A stretch of 64,000 bases of DNA from Acutalibacteraceae bacterium (GCA_045604685.1 JAZUON010000007.1:10197-74196), one strand, 5' to 3'. Numbered from the stretch's first letter, positions 11,918 to 22,080 are shown. Numbers and translations are program-made. Notes: generated by a model not told the origin, from the sequence alone.

Positions 11918-12742
11918 TTAATCTTCCTTTCGGTAAACTCTGATTTCAAAGCCTGCCTCGGTTTCAAGATAATCAAGGCTGTTTATTTTGTTCTGATCAT
12001 CAACACCCGTTTTGTAATAATAGGGCGTCATTTTAAAAAGATTCTGAATCATTTCGTTGGATTCAAGCCAAAACTTTGCTCCGAGCTGCCTTGTGCTTAC
12101 ACACTTGAAGCCCTCAAGCTCTACGGGAGGCATTCCGTTAAGATAGGGCTTTTCATAAATTGCAGCTTTAAGTCCCAGAAGATGCTTTTCGCGGGGAATA
12201 ACTCTGATAAGATATCCACCTTTTTTCAGCACCCTGCGGAATTCGCCGTCTGCCTCGGGAGAAAAGATATTGAGGATGCAGTCAACGCTTCCATCTGCAA
12301 GAGGAAGGTCAAAAAGGCTGGCAACTGCGCAGGGAATGCCGCTTTTCCTTTTGCAGAGAAATTCAAGGGCATCCTTTGAAATGTCAACGCCGTAAATATC
12401 AAGAACCTTGCCATTCTGTTCAAAATATGATTTTATTCCCGTGGAATAATACCCCTCGCCGCAGCCTGCATCAAGCACCACTCCGCCGTCGGACAGGTAT
12501 TTTTCACAAACTTCACACAGTTTATCGCGAAGAAAGCCGTAAGCTCCCGTATCAAGGAAATCACGCCTTGCCCTGACCATAAGGCGGTCATCACCGTGCC
12601 TTTTTGCGGAGGATTTCTGAGATTGCAGCAGATTAACATATCCGAATTTTGACTTGTCAAAGCAGTGCCCGTTTTCGCATCTGTAAATTTTTTCTTGCTC
12701 TTCAAGAGTTTTTTTGCAAACCGGGCAGATAAAAAGGCTCAT
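11918..12742 (-). CDS. rlmA: 23S rRNA (guanine745-N1)-methyltransferase
   Basis: 274 aa. The N-terminal Zn-finger CPVC...C..GHCFDKSKFGYVNLL, RARRDFLDTGAYGFLRD and the SAM motif VLDAGCGEGYY together align closely with E. coli RlmA. Confidence 0.85.
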   Translation of the reverse strand: MSLFICPVCKKTLEEQEKIYRCENGHCFDKSKFGYVNLLQSQKSSAKRHGDDRLMVRARRDFLDTGAYGFLRDKLCEVCEKYLSDGGVVLDAGCGEGYYSTGIKSYFEQNGKVLDIYGVDISKDALEFLCKRKSGIPCAVASLFDLPLADGSVDCILNIFSPEADGEFRRVLKKGGYLIRVIPREKHLLGLKAAIYEKPYLNGMPPVELEGFKCVSTRQLGAKFWLESNEMIQNLFKMTPYYYKTGVDDQNKINSLDYLETEAGFEIRVYRKED

Positions 12743-13614
12743 TTTTTCACCCTGTATCCTTCAATTTTGCTCATCATTGACCTGCCTACATCGTGCATGA
12801 ATCTTTCACAGGCAGGCAGCAAATCATCAGGGAATTTTTTAAGGAAATAATCTGCTTCATATGTAAAATTACCCTGATAATCAATCTCGCCCAATGCGCG
12901 CAGAATATCATCCCAATCCATTTCAGATGTGTAAGGAAGGGTATGACTGTCATTAATATTATCGTTATCGTGAATATGCAGGCAGCCCAGCCTTGAGCCC
13001 ATCTGCCTTATCATTGCGCCCGCATTATCACCTACGAGGCCGCAATGACCAAGGTCAAGGCAGGCTGTGAAATGAGCAGGGTCAAGAGCATCAACATAGC
13101 GGTTAAAATCCTCCGCAACGCTGCACACATTGGGAACAATGCGCTGAAGTTCTTCACTCCAGCCCCACATGTTTTCAAGAGCAATTTTAACGCCGTAATC
13201 CGCAGCATAAGGCTCAAGCCTGTGATAAAGCTCCATGTTCTGTTCAAACTGATTTTCCCTGAACTGAACGGGATGAACAACGCAGATTTTTGCATCAAGA
13301 ATGCCTGCAATTTCAAGGGCTCTTTTCAGTTTTTCAAACATGGACTCATTATATTCGGGCTTGCCATCCCTCGCTGAGGGGAAGGGAGCGTGGGACTGCT
13401 CAAAGGTTACACCGTAAGAAGCCGCAAGCTCTTTAAGGTTTTTAACATGGTTTTTATAATCCGGAGTGTTGAGGACACAGTCATCCTTACTCATACAAAA
13501 CATGGAATAATCAATGCCGTCAAAGCCGCTTTCGCAGATAATTCGCACCGCAGCCTCATCACCCATACGTTTTGAAATCTGTTCCGTCTGGTTTACTATT
13601 TTCATACACTTCAC
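12739..13614 (-). CDS. sugar phosphate isomerase/epimerase (xylose-isomerase-like TIM barrel)
   Basis: 291 aa with AP-endonuclease-2/TIM-barrel features (VHP..., ALENMW, LDLGHC, LHIHDN). Has an ATGA overlap with rlmA. Confidence 0.7.
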   Translation of the reverse strand: MKCMKIVNQTEQISKRMGDEAAVRIICESGFDGIDYSMFCMSKDDCVLNTPDYKNHVKNLKELAASYGVTFEQSHAPFPSARDGKPEYNESMFEKLKRALEIAGILDAKICVVHPVQFRENQFEQNMELYHRLEPYAADYGVKIALENMWGWSEELQRIVPNVCSVAEDFNRYVDALDPAHFTACLDLGHCGLVGDNAGAMIRQMGSRLGCLHIHDNDNINDSHTLPYTSEMDWDDILRALGEIDYQGNFTYEADYFLKKFPDDLLPACERFMHDVGRSMMSKIEGYRVKK

Positions 13615-13769
13615 CCTTTTAATTCAATGAATTAAGAATATTATAGCAGGAACAAAAAAATTCTACAAGTAATTATTAAGAAAAACATAAATTCACAATT
13701 TATTTATTGACTTTTTCTCAAAAAAAAGATAAATTTAACAATGATATATTATCAGGGGAGAGAAAACAT

Positions 13770-14342
13770 ATGGCAAAGGCAGAATACAGAAGCTCCATTC
13801 GTTCAAAGAGCTTAATCAAAAAAGCAGTGGCAAAGCTGATTCATGAAAAAGATGTAAAAAAAATCACCGTTTCCGATATTATCAGAGAGGCCGATATCAG
13901 CCGAGGCACTTTTTACGCTCATTATTCGGATGTGGGAAGCGTGCTCGAGCAAATTGAAAACGAAGAGCTGCAGGCGCTGATGGGTTATGTTGACCGCTTC
14001 GGCCTTGAAAATGTGCTCACAAATGTCACAAGCCTTTTTGAGCAGATTTGCGAATACCTGAGCAGAGATATTGAATATTACAGAATGCTTGCCCAATCAA
14101 ATGTGCTCAACAACTATCTCTGGAGATTGGTTGAGGTTTATTACGACAAGCTGCTGGAGCTTGTTATGTCAAATAAAAAAGCAACTAACCGCGACGAGGC
14201 TAACACCTACCTTCTTTATGTTACATCGGGCGCAAAGTCAGCAATCCTTGCATGGCTCAACGGCAATCTCAGCGGCACGCCCAAGGAAATTTCAAAGATA
14301 GTCGGCGACCTTGTTGAGCTTAACATGAAATATTATGCATAA
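13770..14342 (+). CDS. TetR/AcrR family transcriptional regulator
   Basis: KITVSDIIREADISRGTFYAHYSDV is a TetR HTH. The ATG at 13770 follows GGGGAGAG. The track ORF starts upstream at 13707. Confidence 0.85.
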   Translation: MAKAEYRSSIRSKSLIKKAVAKLIHEKDVKKITVSDIIREADISRGTFYAHYSDVGSVLEQIENEELQALMGYVDRFGLENVLTNVTSLFEQICEYLSRDIEYYRMLAQSNVLNNYLWRLVEVYYDKLLELVMSNKKATNRDEANTYLLYVTSGAKSAILAWLNGNLSGTPKEISKIVGDLVELNMKYYA

Positions 14343-14347
14343 AATAA

Positions 14348-14386
14348 ACCCTTGTTCTTTTTACCGAACAAGGGTTTTATTTTTTA
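14348..14386. terminator. bidirectional intrinsic terminator
   Basis: Hairpin ACCCTTGTTC-N8-GAACAAGGGT with flanking A- and T-tracts, between convergent genes. Confidence 0.75.
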
Positions 14387-14887
14387 TAATCCGATGGCAC
14401 CCAAAAGCCCGTAAGAAAAAACGGACATAATCAGGTTTGCAATCAGCACTCCGAGAGCAATAACTGGGAAAGAGATTTTTATTCTCATATCAAGCAATGC
14501 AGCAATGAGCGAGCCTGTCCATCCGCCTGTACCTGGCAGAGGAATTGCAACAAAGGTGAGCAAGCCCCACTTGCTTGTCTTTTTTATTTTTTCACTCTTG
14601 CGCAGAGAGCTTGTTTCAAGTTTTTCAACCAGCTTGCGGGTTGGACCGAAGCGCTTGAGAAACTCAAAAATTCTCCTTATGAAGAGAAGAATAAACGGAA
14701 TGGGCACGATATTGCCGATGTAGCAAATTATAAATGCTTTAATAAAATCAACATCAAGCAGCTTAGCCGCAATCATTCCGCCCCTCAACTCAACAACAGG
14801 AAGCATTGAAATGATAAAAATTATAAGCTCCTCCGGTATCTTACCTTGAAAAAGCTCAACAAGATAATCGGCAATTGTTTCTGCCAT
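14384..14887 (-). CDS. small multidrug export protein family membrane protein (COG2426)
   Basis: 167 aa with multiple TM segments. LPVVELRGGMIAA and PLPGTGGWTGSLIAALL motifs are typical of this family. Confidence 0.7.
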   Translation of the reverse strand: MAETIADYLVELFQGKIPEELIIFIISMLPVVELRGGMIAAKLLDVDFIKAFIICYIGNIVPIPFILLFIRRIFEFLKRFGPTRKLVEKLETSSLRKSEKIKKTSKWGLLTFVAIPLPGTGGWTGSLIAALLDMRIKISFPVIALGVLIANLIMSVFSYGLLGAIGL

Positions 14888-14900
14888 CTGACAACCTCAC

Positions 14901-15635
14901 TTAAACTATATTTTGTTCCGCAAGAAAATCATGAGCGCTGCGAAGGATGTTTCTGTCGTTTATAAACCTCAGTGTATCCATCGCCTTGTCATAATTGAGC
15001 CAAACATAATCCTCAATTTCTTCACGCTGAATTATTGTTTGGGTATCCTTGGTTTTTGCAAGGAAGATTGTGACCGACTTCTCTACCCTGCCCTGAATCG
15101 TATATTCCGATTTTGAGGCAAACTGAGGCAGAATCTGAATGTGGATACCCGTTTCCTCAAGCACCTCACGCATCGCCGTCTGCTCAGGGGTTTCACCCTT
15201 TTCAATGTGACCCTTGGGGAAGCCCCAATGAGTGCTGCGTCTGTTTTTGATTAAAAGATAGCGAAGCTCATCGTTGATTCTGCGGTAAACAACCGCACCG
15301 CACGAACGCTCGTAAAGACACTCGAGTTTGTAATCCCTGCCTTTTTCCGCAAAGGCAATTGCATCCTCAATCTGATAGGAAATAAAGCGCATGCTTTTGG
15401 GAGCAACGATATAAACTGTCGGGCTGCCGTCACCCCTTTTGATTGCCGCAATAACCCTTCCGTCAAAGGTTCTGACGGGATGATTGATGCCCATGATATA
15501 AGCACCGTGAGAGATATTGTCATATCTCTTTTTTCCCTCAATTGCACCAAAATTAAGCTGGTACACAAAACCGAACTGCCTGTTTACGGAGCGGATAGGG
15601 TTAGTAACCCTGACTCTGACATATTTGCCGAGCAT
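14901..15635 (-). CDS. NUDIX hydrolase with ~115-aa N-terminal extension domain
   Basis: Nudix box GHIEKGETPEQTAMREVLEETGI at about aa 152-174. I do not recognise the N-terminal domain (MLGKYVRVRVTNPI...). Confidence 0.8.
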   Translation of the reverse strand: MLGKYVRVRVTNPIRSVNRQFGFVYQLNFGAIEGKKRYDNISHGAYIMGINHPVRTFDGRVIAAIKRGDGSPTVYIVAPKSMRFISYQIEDAIAFAEKGRDYKLECLYERSCGAVVYRRINDELRYLLIKNRRSTHWGFPKGHIEKGETPEQTAMREVLEETGIHIQILPQFASKSEYTIQGRVEKSVTIFLAKTKDTQTIIQREEIEDYVWLNYDKAMDTLRFINDRNILRSAHDFLAEQNIV

Positions 15636-15865
15636 AAAACCACACCTTTCGAAAGACCTCGGCGGCGCAAAGCCGCTTTAGCCCAGATTAAATACTTTTT
15701 TATTATACTAAAAAGCGAATTATAAAACAATAGTTTAATTGAAAATTTTTCAGGTTTTTTAAAAATTTTGGGGCAGATTAAAGTTATTTGCCTTATAACT
15801 TGATTTTTATAATAATAATATGGTAGAATGTATTTGTATAAATATCTTTAAAAGGCAGTGAAACA

Positions 15866-16546
15866 ATGAAAAAAATACTTGTTGCTGACGATGAAGCAAG
15901 AATCAGACGCCTTGTTTGCGACTTTCTTAAAAATTCGGGCTACGAAACCGTTGAAGCGGTTGACGGCAAAGATGCCATTGAAAAATTCTTTGCCTGCGGA
16001 GATTTCAGCCTTGTTATATGCGACATTATGATGCCCGAGGCTGACGGCTGGGAGGTTTGCAGCAAAATCAGGGAAGCAAGCGCCGTTCCCCTGCTGATGC
16101 TTACGGCAAGAAGTCAGGAGTTTGATGAACTCCGTTCATTTGAAAGCGGTGCAGACGATTTTGTAACAAAGCCCTTCAGCCCCGTTGTTCTTGTTAAGCG
16201 TGTTGAAGCGCTTCTCAAGAGGGCTCAGAATGCAACAATGGCAAAATCCAAAGACATAATAACCCTCGGCGGGCTTGTTATTGACATTCCCGCTCACAAA
16301 ATCACACTTGACGGCGAAGCTCTTGACCTGACGGTCAAGGAGCATAACATACTTGTTAAGCTGGCAGGCAATACAGGCAGAATCTATTCCCGCGAACAGC
16401 TTCTGGACAGCATCTGGGGCGTTGATTTCATCGGCGACCCGAGAACCGTTGACTCCCATGTTGCCAGGCTGAGAACCAAGTTGGGTGTATGGGGCGAAAC
16501 ACATCTTAAAACCGTTTACGGAGTGGGATATAAGATTGAGGTGTAA
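15866..16546 (+). CDS. OmpR/PhoB-family response regulator
   Basis: 226 aa with a receiver domain (DDE...D...MP, LTAR, KPF) and a winged-helix C-terminus (TVDSHVARLRTKL...YGVGYK). Confidence 0.95.
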   Translation: MKKILVADDEARIRRLVCDFLKNSGYETVEAVDGKDAIEKFFACGDFSLVICDIMMPEADGWEVCSKIREASAVPLLMLTARSQEFDELRSFESGADDFVTKPFSPVVLVKRVEALLKRAQNATMAKSKDIITLGGLVIDIPAHKITLDGEALDLTVKEHNILVKLAGNTGRIYSREQLLDSIWGVDFIGDPRTVDSHVARLRTKLGVWGETHLKTVYGVGYKIEV

Positions 16547-16549
16547 GAC

Positions 16550-18070
16550 TTGAAAAAGCCGTTCTCCAAAAACAGAACAAGCCGCATCCGCACCAAGCTC
16601 TTTGCAGCCGTTTTCTGCGTGCTTGCAACGCTGCTTGTGCTTATTTCGGTTTTCAGCAAGCCTATGCTTTTCAGGGTTTTTGCTTTTCAGACCTATCGCG
16701 ACCTCAGCTCGGTTTCCGAAAGCATCAATTTGCTGATTCCCGATTCGGCAACCTATTATTTTGACCTTTATTCAATCTCGGTCAGAAACAATGTTGATTT
16801 TGAAATTGTTAATCCCGACGGTTCTCTTGCCTACACATCGAGCGTGGGAAACTCTGCCGCAAGCAGCGAGCATTTCGCTTCCTCCGGCGCGTCAACCGCG
16901 TCCTACGACACGCTCAGGCCGTCAGACAGCTACAAAAATTCGGTTGACTACAAAAACTTTGAAATAAGAAAAAAAGAAGCAACCAACATAGAATTTTTTG
17001 TTTACACAGCTCCCCTGCAGTCAGGCGAAACCATCCACATTTATTATGAGGTTGCAGACGTTGAAAATATTGTTGATGTTGCAGGCAGAGTTTACACTTT
17101 CATCAGCATCGCAATGATTATTCTCATGGCTGCCATTTTCTACATCATCGTTGCACGGTTTACAAGGCCGCTTGTTGAAATGAACAACATCACAAGGGAC
17201 ATGGCCGCGCTGAATTTCAGCAGAAAATGCGGCGATTACGGCAGGGATGAAATCGGCGAGCTTGGAAAAAGCATTAACATTCTTTCAACTACGCTTGACT
17301 CAACGCTGATGGATCTTAAGGATAAAAACGAACAGCTCGAAAAGGATATCGAGCGCCGACATGCACTTGATAATGCAAGAAAATCCTTCATCAGCAATGT
17401 TTCACATGAATTGAAAACACCCATAGCCATAATTTCGGGCTATGCGGAAGGCGTTTGCGCCGGCATAAGCGACGACCCCGAAGTTATCAGGGAATACTGC
17501 CAGATAATTTATGACGAAAGCCAGAAAATGAACGTGCTTGTTGTTGAGCTTCTTGAGCTTTCAAAGCTGGAAAGCAAGTCCCAGCCCTTTTATCCGCAGT
17601 ATTTTGACCTCGGCGCCAAAACTGCATCGCTGCTCAACCACCTTTCGCTCCAGACAGAACAACTTGGCATAACCGTGCTCAACAGAATCCCCAGTCCCCT
17701 TGCCTGCTACGGCCAGGAGGATAAAATAGAAATAGTTCTCAAAAACTATATCACCAACGCTATTTCCCACTGCTCGGGCAAAAAACACATTGAGCTTGTT
17801 TGCACGGAGAGCGCAGACAAATTTGAAATCAGCGTTTTTAACACGGGCGAGCATATCGGTAAAGATGATATGGCAGAGCTCTGGGACAGTTTTTACAGAG
17901 CCGACAAGGCTCACGGCAGAAGCGAAAACCGCTTCGGTCTCGGTCTGTCAATAGTAAAAAGTATTATGGAAAATCACAACTGCCGTTACGGAGTTAAAAA
18001 CGTAAAAAGCGGCGTTGTTTTCACATTTGAAGTTGCAAAGGACCCGAGTTACTATGGCAATAAAGAATAA
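16550..18070 (+). CDS. sensor histidine kinase (2 TM, HAMP, HisKA, HATPase_c)
   Basis: 506 aa with H-box FISNVSHELKTPIA, N box and G box (GLGLSIVKSI). TTG start 3 nt after the RR stop, preceded by a GAGGTG RBS. Confidence 0.9.
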   Translation: MKKPFSKNRTSRIRTKLFAAVFCVLATLLVLISVFSKPMLFRVFAFQTYRDLSSVSESINLLIPDSATYYFDLYSISVRNNVDFEIVNPDGSLAYTSSVGNSAASSEHFASSGASTASYDTLRPSDSYKNSVDYKNFEIRKKEATNIEFFVYTAPLQSGETIHIYYEVADVENIVDVAGRVYTFISIAMIILMAAIFYIIVARFTRPLVEMNNITRDMAALNFSRKCGDYGRDEIGELGKSINILSTTLDSTLMDLKDKNEQLEKDIERRHALDNARKSFISNVSHELKTPIAIISGYAEGVCAGISDDPEVIREYCQIIYDESQKMNVLVVELLELSKLESKSQPFYPQYFDLGAKTASLLNHLSLQTEQLGITVLNRIPSPLACYGQEDKIEIVLKNYITNAISHCSGKKHIELVCTESADKFEISVFNTGEHIGKDDMAELWDSFYRADKAHGRSENRFGLGLSIVKSIMENHNCRYGVKNVKSGVVFTFEVAKDPSYYGNKE

Positions 18071-20300
18071 AACAAAACAGATTATCCGCAGGGCAATTGC
18101 AGCCGCAGTCTGCCTTTGCTTTGTTGCGCTTTCAGGCTGCTCGGGCAACGAAGAAACAGGCGTTTCCATTAAAAAATCCGTTGAAAACCGCAACACGGTT
18201 ACCCTGCCTGCAGAAAACGCAGAAATACATTATGCAAAAAATGTTGACTCTTTTTCAGAAAAGGCTGCATCATCAGGTTTTATAGAAATGAGAATTGACT
18301 CTGATTCCAACAGCTTCTGCATTGTTGAAACAACAAAAAATAAAGTATGGTCCGCACTTCCTCTTCTCAGCGAGGTTGCAAGCGGAGAAGAGCTGACAAG
18401 CAATGCAAGCGCAGTTTCACTGACCGTAAGCGGCGGCACGGATATTTATATTCTCAATTCTCAGGACAACTCCCTTGCTTACGGCAAGGCATCATACCGT
18501 CTGCTTGAAAACGGTGCAGAGTTTGTTTACGACATATTTGCGGATAAAACCACTGCCGAAAAGCAAGCCCTTGAAAAAACGGACATTGCATTCAGAGTCA
18601 GCCTCAGTATAACACTTGCGGATGGCAGCATGCTTGCAAACTGCACATATTCAAACCTTTCAGGCAATCCCGATGCATACATTGAAAGCATTGAAATTCT
18701 CAATGGCTTCGGCTCATTCAACAGCTCGCACGAGGATGATTTTCTTCTTGTGCCTGACGGATGCGGAGCAATTATCAAAACCGCAACCTACGACGAATCC
18801 TTTGAACCTCTGACATTCAGCGTTTACGGCGATGACCCGTCAACGGGAAGCGAAAGCGACGGCTCGGCTGTTGTTCCTGCATTCGGAATAAAACACGGCG
18901 ATTCTGCATTCGTTGCGCTCATTCAGAAAGGCGATGCTGTTGCATATATCAATGCAGACAAGGCAACAACAATGAGCGAATATAACAAGGTTTATTCTTC
19001 CTTTAACATCACTCCTACAATTTATGAAGGCCAAAAAATCTATTCATCAAAAACCGCTGCGCTCAGCGAGATTTCCCTTTGCTACCGCTTCCTTTCAGGC
19101 AACAATGCAACCTACGCTGGCCTTGCATCCGCCTGCAGAGAGCAGCTCATCAGAAACTCCGTGCTTTCAACAAAAACCTCAGGCGGCAGCGACTATCTTC
19201 CCTTCCATCTTACTCTCACGGGTGCAGCAAAAGCCCGATCCGGACCTTTCAGCTATCTTAAAAAGCTGACCACTTTTGAGCAAGCTCAGGATATGCTTGT
19301 CAGAATGAAAAACAAGGGTATAAACAACGTGAGTGTTCGATATTCAGGCGTTTTCAGCGGCGGACTTGATTCAAAGGACATCTCGCATTCAAATCTGCTT
19401 TCAAGGCTTGGCGGCTCTGAAAAGCTCAGCGAGCTTTTCAACTATATTACAACTCAGAAAATGAGCCTTTTTCTTGATATCAACCTGCTTTCATCCTCAA
19501 GGAGCTTTAATTCGGGCAATGCAATGAACATCAGCAAGGATGACTCTGTTTACGCCCCAGATAGTTACCTGGGCGAATATATAAGCAATGCACCCGCAGA
19601 AAGAAAACTGCGCCGCACTTCGGAGCTTTCGGATGTTGTTGCTTCGGTTGTTAAAAACACAAAAAACTACAGCTTCTCGGGCTACTGCATCAGCGATGCA
19701 GGCAGCGTGCTCTATTCGGATTTTTCAAACGGAGGCTTTCTGAGAGAGGATGCATCCATAGAAATCGCAAAAGCTATTGCTCCCCTTTCAACAGACCATC
19801 TCACAATGACATCAACAGGCAATTTTTACATGCTCAAAAACATTGACTCGGTTATTAATCTGCCCCTTAAATCTGCCGCATCTGAAAGCGGTGCATATGT
19901 CAGCGTGCCCTTTGTTCAGCTTATTCTTCACGGAATAGTTGACTATTCGGGAGAAGCAATAAACACAAGCATAAACAGCAACGAGCTTCTTCTCAGATAT
20001 ATTGAATACGGCGCGTGCCCCCATTACGAATGGAATTACGAACCCGTAAGCGGCGCAACAGAAATCGATATTTTCTATTATGACAACACAATCAACACCG
20101 CCGCCGAATTCTACACTAAAGCCAACAAAACCCTCAATGACCTGAGAAGCGCAAGAATGACCGACCATTACGAGGTTGAAAACGGCGTTTTCTGCACAGA
20201 ATACGACACGGGCACAATGATTTACGTTAACTATACCGACAGCGACTGCACTGTTCTCGGTGCGGTTGTTGAGGCAAGAAGCTATATAAGAATTAACTAA
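18054..20300 (+). CDS. large lipoprotein of unknown function (possibly DUF5696-like; family recalled from memory, unverified)
   Basis: MAIKNKTKQIIRRAIAAAVCLCFVALSGCSG carries a lipobox LSGC. About 748 aa. It overlaps the HK 3' end by 17 nt. The track ORF starts at 18015. Confidence 0.6.
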   Translation: MAIKNKTKQIIRRAIAAAVCLCFVALSGCSGNEETGVSIKKSVENRNTVTLPAENAEIHYAKNVDSFSEKAASSGFIEMRIDSDSNSFCIVETTKNKVWSALPLLSEVASGEELTSNASAVSLTVSGGTDIYILNSQDNSLAYGKASYRLLENGAEFVYDIFADKTTAEKQALEKTDIAFRVSLSITLADGSMLANCTYSNLSGNPDAYIESIEILNGFGSFNSSHEDDFLLVPDGCGAIIKTATYDESFEPLTFSVYGDDPSTGSESDGSAVVPAFGIKHGDSAFVALIQKGDAVAYINADKATTMSEYNKVYSSFNITPTIYEGQKIYSSKTAALSEISLCYRFLSGNNATYAGLASACREQLIRNSVLSTKTSGGSDYLPFHLTLTGAAKARSGPFSYLKKLTTFEQAQDMLVRMKNKGINNVSVRYSGVFSGGLDSKDISHSNLLSRLGGSEKLSELFNYITTQKMSLFLDINLLSSSRSFNSGNAMNISKDDSVYAPDSYLGEYISNAPAERKLRRTSELSDVVASVVKNTKNYSFSGYCISDAGSVLYSDFSNGGFLREDASIEIAKAIAPLSTDHLTMTSTGNFYMLKNIDSVINLPLKSAASESGAYVSVPFVQLILHGIVDYSGEAINTSINSNELLLRYIEYGACPHYEWNYEPVSGATEIDIFYYDNTINTAAEFYTKANKTLNDLRSARMTDHYEVENGVFCTEYDTGTMIYVNYTDSDCTVLGAVVEARSYIRIN

Positions 20301-20314
20301 AAGGAGAATAAAGA

Positions 20315-20659
20315 ATGCCTTATATCAGAACAACGGTAAGCAAAGCTCTTACAGACGAAAACAAAGAAAGCCTCAAAGCAAAGCTGGGCGAGGCAATTGC
20401 TCTCATCCCCGGCAAAAGCGAAGCATGGCTTATGCTTGCATTTGAGGATAACATCAGCATGTACTTCAAAGGTGACGGAACTCAGGATTATGCATACCTT
20501 GAGGTCAGCCTTTTCGGCTCAACCTCCGACGCCGCCTATGACAGACTCACCGCCGCACTGAGCGAAATCGTTAATGAGGAGCTGGGCATTGACAGAGCAA
20601 ACATCTACATCAAATATGAGGAAGCGGAGCATTGGGGCTGGAATGGCGTCAACTTCTGA
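20315..20659 (+). CDS. MIF/tautomerase-superfamily protein (Pro-1 tautomerase-like)
   Basis: 114 aa starting MPYIRT (Pro after the initiator Met). The length and beta-alpha-beta pattern resemble the MIF/phenylpyruvate tautomerase family. Confidence 0.6.
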   Translation: MPYIRTTVSKALTDENKESLKAKLGEAIALIPGKSEAWLMLAFEDNISMYFKGDGTQDYAYLEVSLFGSTSDAAYDRLTAALSEIVNEELGIDRANIYIKYEEAEHWGWNGVNF

Positions 20660-20671
20660 TGGAGGCAAAAA

Positions 20672-22066
20672 ATGGACAGACTTGAAATAAAAAAGCTCTT
20701 TGACTCAACTGAGAGCTATGCCGACAAAAGCGTTACTGTTTGCGGCTGGGTAAAAACACTCAGGGATTCAAAGGCTATCGGATTTATTGAGCTTAATGAC
20801 GGAAGCTGCTTCAAGGGCGTACAGATTGTTTTTGAGGCAGAAAAACTGGTTAACTACAAGGATATTGCAAAGCTCAACGTCGGCTCCGCGGTTAGGGTTA
20901 CGGGCAAATTGCTGCTCACCCCTCAGGCGAATCAGCCCTTTGAAATCAATGCGGATGAAATCAGCATTGAGGCAACCTCAACCCCCGATTATCCTTTGCA
21001 GAAAAAGCGCCACTCTGTTGAATTCCTGCGCACAATCGCTCATTTAAGACCCCGCACCAACCTTTTTAACGCTGCATTCAGAATTCGCTCCGTTGCAGCA
21101 TATGCAATCCACAAGTTCTTTATTGACCAAGGCTTTGTTTATGCACATACCCCCCTCATTTCATGCAGTGACTGCGAGGGCGCAGGCGAAATGTTCAGAG
21201 TAACAACCCTTGACATGGAAAACCTGCCCAAGACAGAGGATGGCACCGTTGACTACGGCGAGGATTTCTTCCAGAAGCCTGCATACCTTACGGTTTCGGG
21301 TCAGCTTCAGGCGGAAACAATGGCCCTTGCATTCGGCAAGGTTTACACCTTCGGTCCCACGTTCAGGGCAGAAAAATCCTACACACAGCGTCACGCCGCA
21401 GAATTCTGGATGATTGAGCCCGAAATGGCATTTGCGGAGCTGAGCGACGATATGGACGTTGCTGAGGCAATGATAAAATATGTTATTCGGTATGTGCTTG
21501 ATAACTGCCCCATGGAGCTTGAATTCCTCAACAAATTTGTTGACAAGGAGCTTATTGAAAGGCTTACGGCGGTTGCTAATTCGGACTTCGGAAGAGTGAC
21601 CTACACGGAAGCAATAAAGCTGCTTGAGGAATATAACGGCGAATTTGAATACAAAGTAAGCTGGGGCTGCGATTTGCAGACGGAACACGAAAGATACCTG
21701 ACAGAAAAGATATTCAAAAAGCCTGTTTTTGTTACGGATTATCCCAAGGAAATCAAGGCGTTCTATATGCGCCTTAACGATGACGGCAAAACCGTTGCAG
21801 CCTGCGACTGCCTTGTTATGGGCATTGGCGAAATCATCGGCGGCAGCCAGAGAGAGGAACGCCTTGACCTGCTTGAAGCACGCATAAAAGAGCTTGGCCT
21901 CAACCCCGAGGACTACGATTGGTACCTCGACCTGCGCCGCTACGGCGGAGTTAAGCACAGCGGCTTTGGCCTCGGCTTTGAAAGGCTTGTTATGTATCTT
22001 ACAGGCATTTCAAACATCCGTGATGTTATCCCCTTCCCCAGAACAACGGGAACAGCAGATTTTTAA
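20672..22066 (+). CDS. asnS: asparagine--tRNA ligase
   Basis: 464 aa with an OB-fold N-terminus ([25 protein letters not shown]) and class IIb motifs ([19 protein letters not shown]). Confidence 0.93.
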   Translation: MDRLEIKKLFDSTESYADKSVTVCGWVKTLRDSKAIGFIELNDGSCFKGVQIVFEAEKLVNYKDIAKLNVGSAVRVTGKLLLTPQANQPFEINADEISIEATSTPDYPLQKKRHSVEFLRTIAHLRPRTNLFNAAFRIRSVAAYAIHKFFIDQGFVYAHTPLISCSDCEGAGEMFRVTTLDMENLPKTEDGTVDYGEDFFQKPAYLTVSGQLQAETMALAFGKVYTFGPTFRAEKSYTQRHAAEFWMIEPEMAFAELSDDMDVAEAMIKYVIRYVLDNCPMELEFLNKFVDKELIERLTAVANSDFGRVTYTEAIKLLEEYNGEFEYKVSWGCDLQTEHERYLTEKIFKKPVFVTDYPKEIKAFYMRLNDDGKTVAACDCLVMGIGEIIGGSQREERLDLLEARIKELGLNPEDYDWYLDLRRYGGVKHSGFGLGFERLVMYLTGISNIRDVIPFPRTTGTADF

Positions 22067-22080
22067 TAGGCAAAAATTTA

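Noticed and set aside
18015-18053. The upstream extension of the large lipoprotein ORF (MFSHLKLQRTRVT...).
   Set aside because: The extension lies inside the HK coding region. The Met at 18054 gives a canonical lipoprotein signal peptide with a lipobox.
21161-21958. A 265-aa ORF on the minus strand.
   Set aside because: It is entirely antisense to asnS, which has unmistakable class II aaRS motifs. The translation is low-complexity with no recognisable domain. Long antisense ORFs are common in this window because of codon-position bias.
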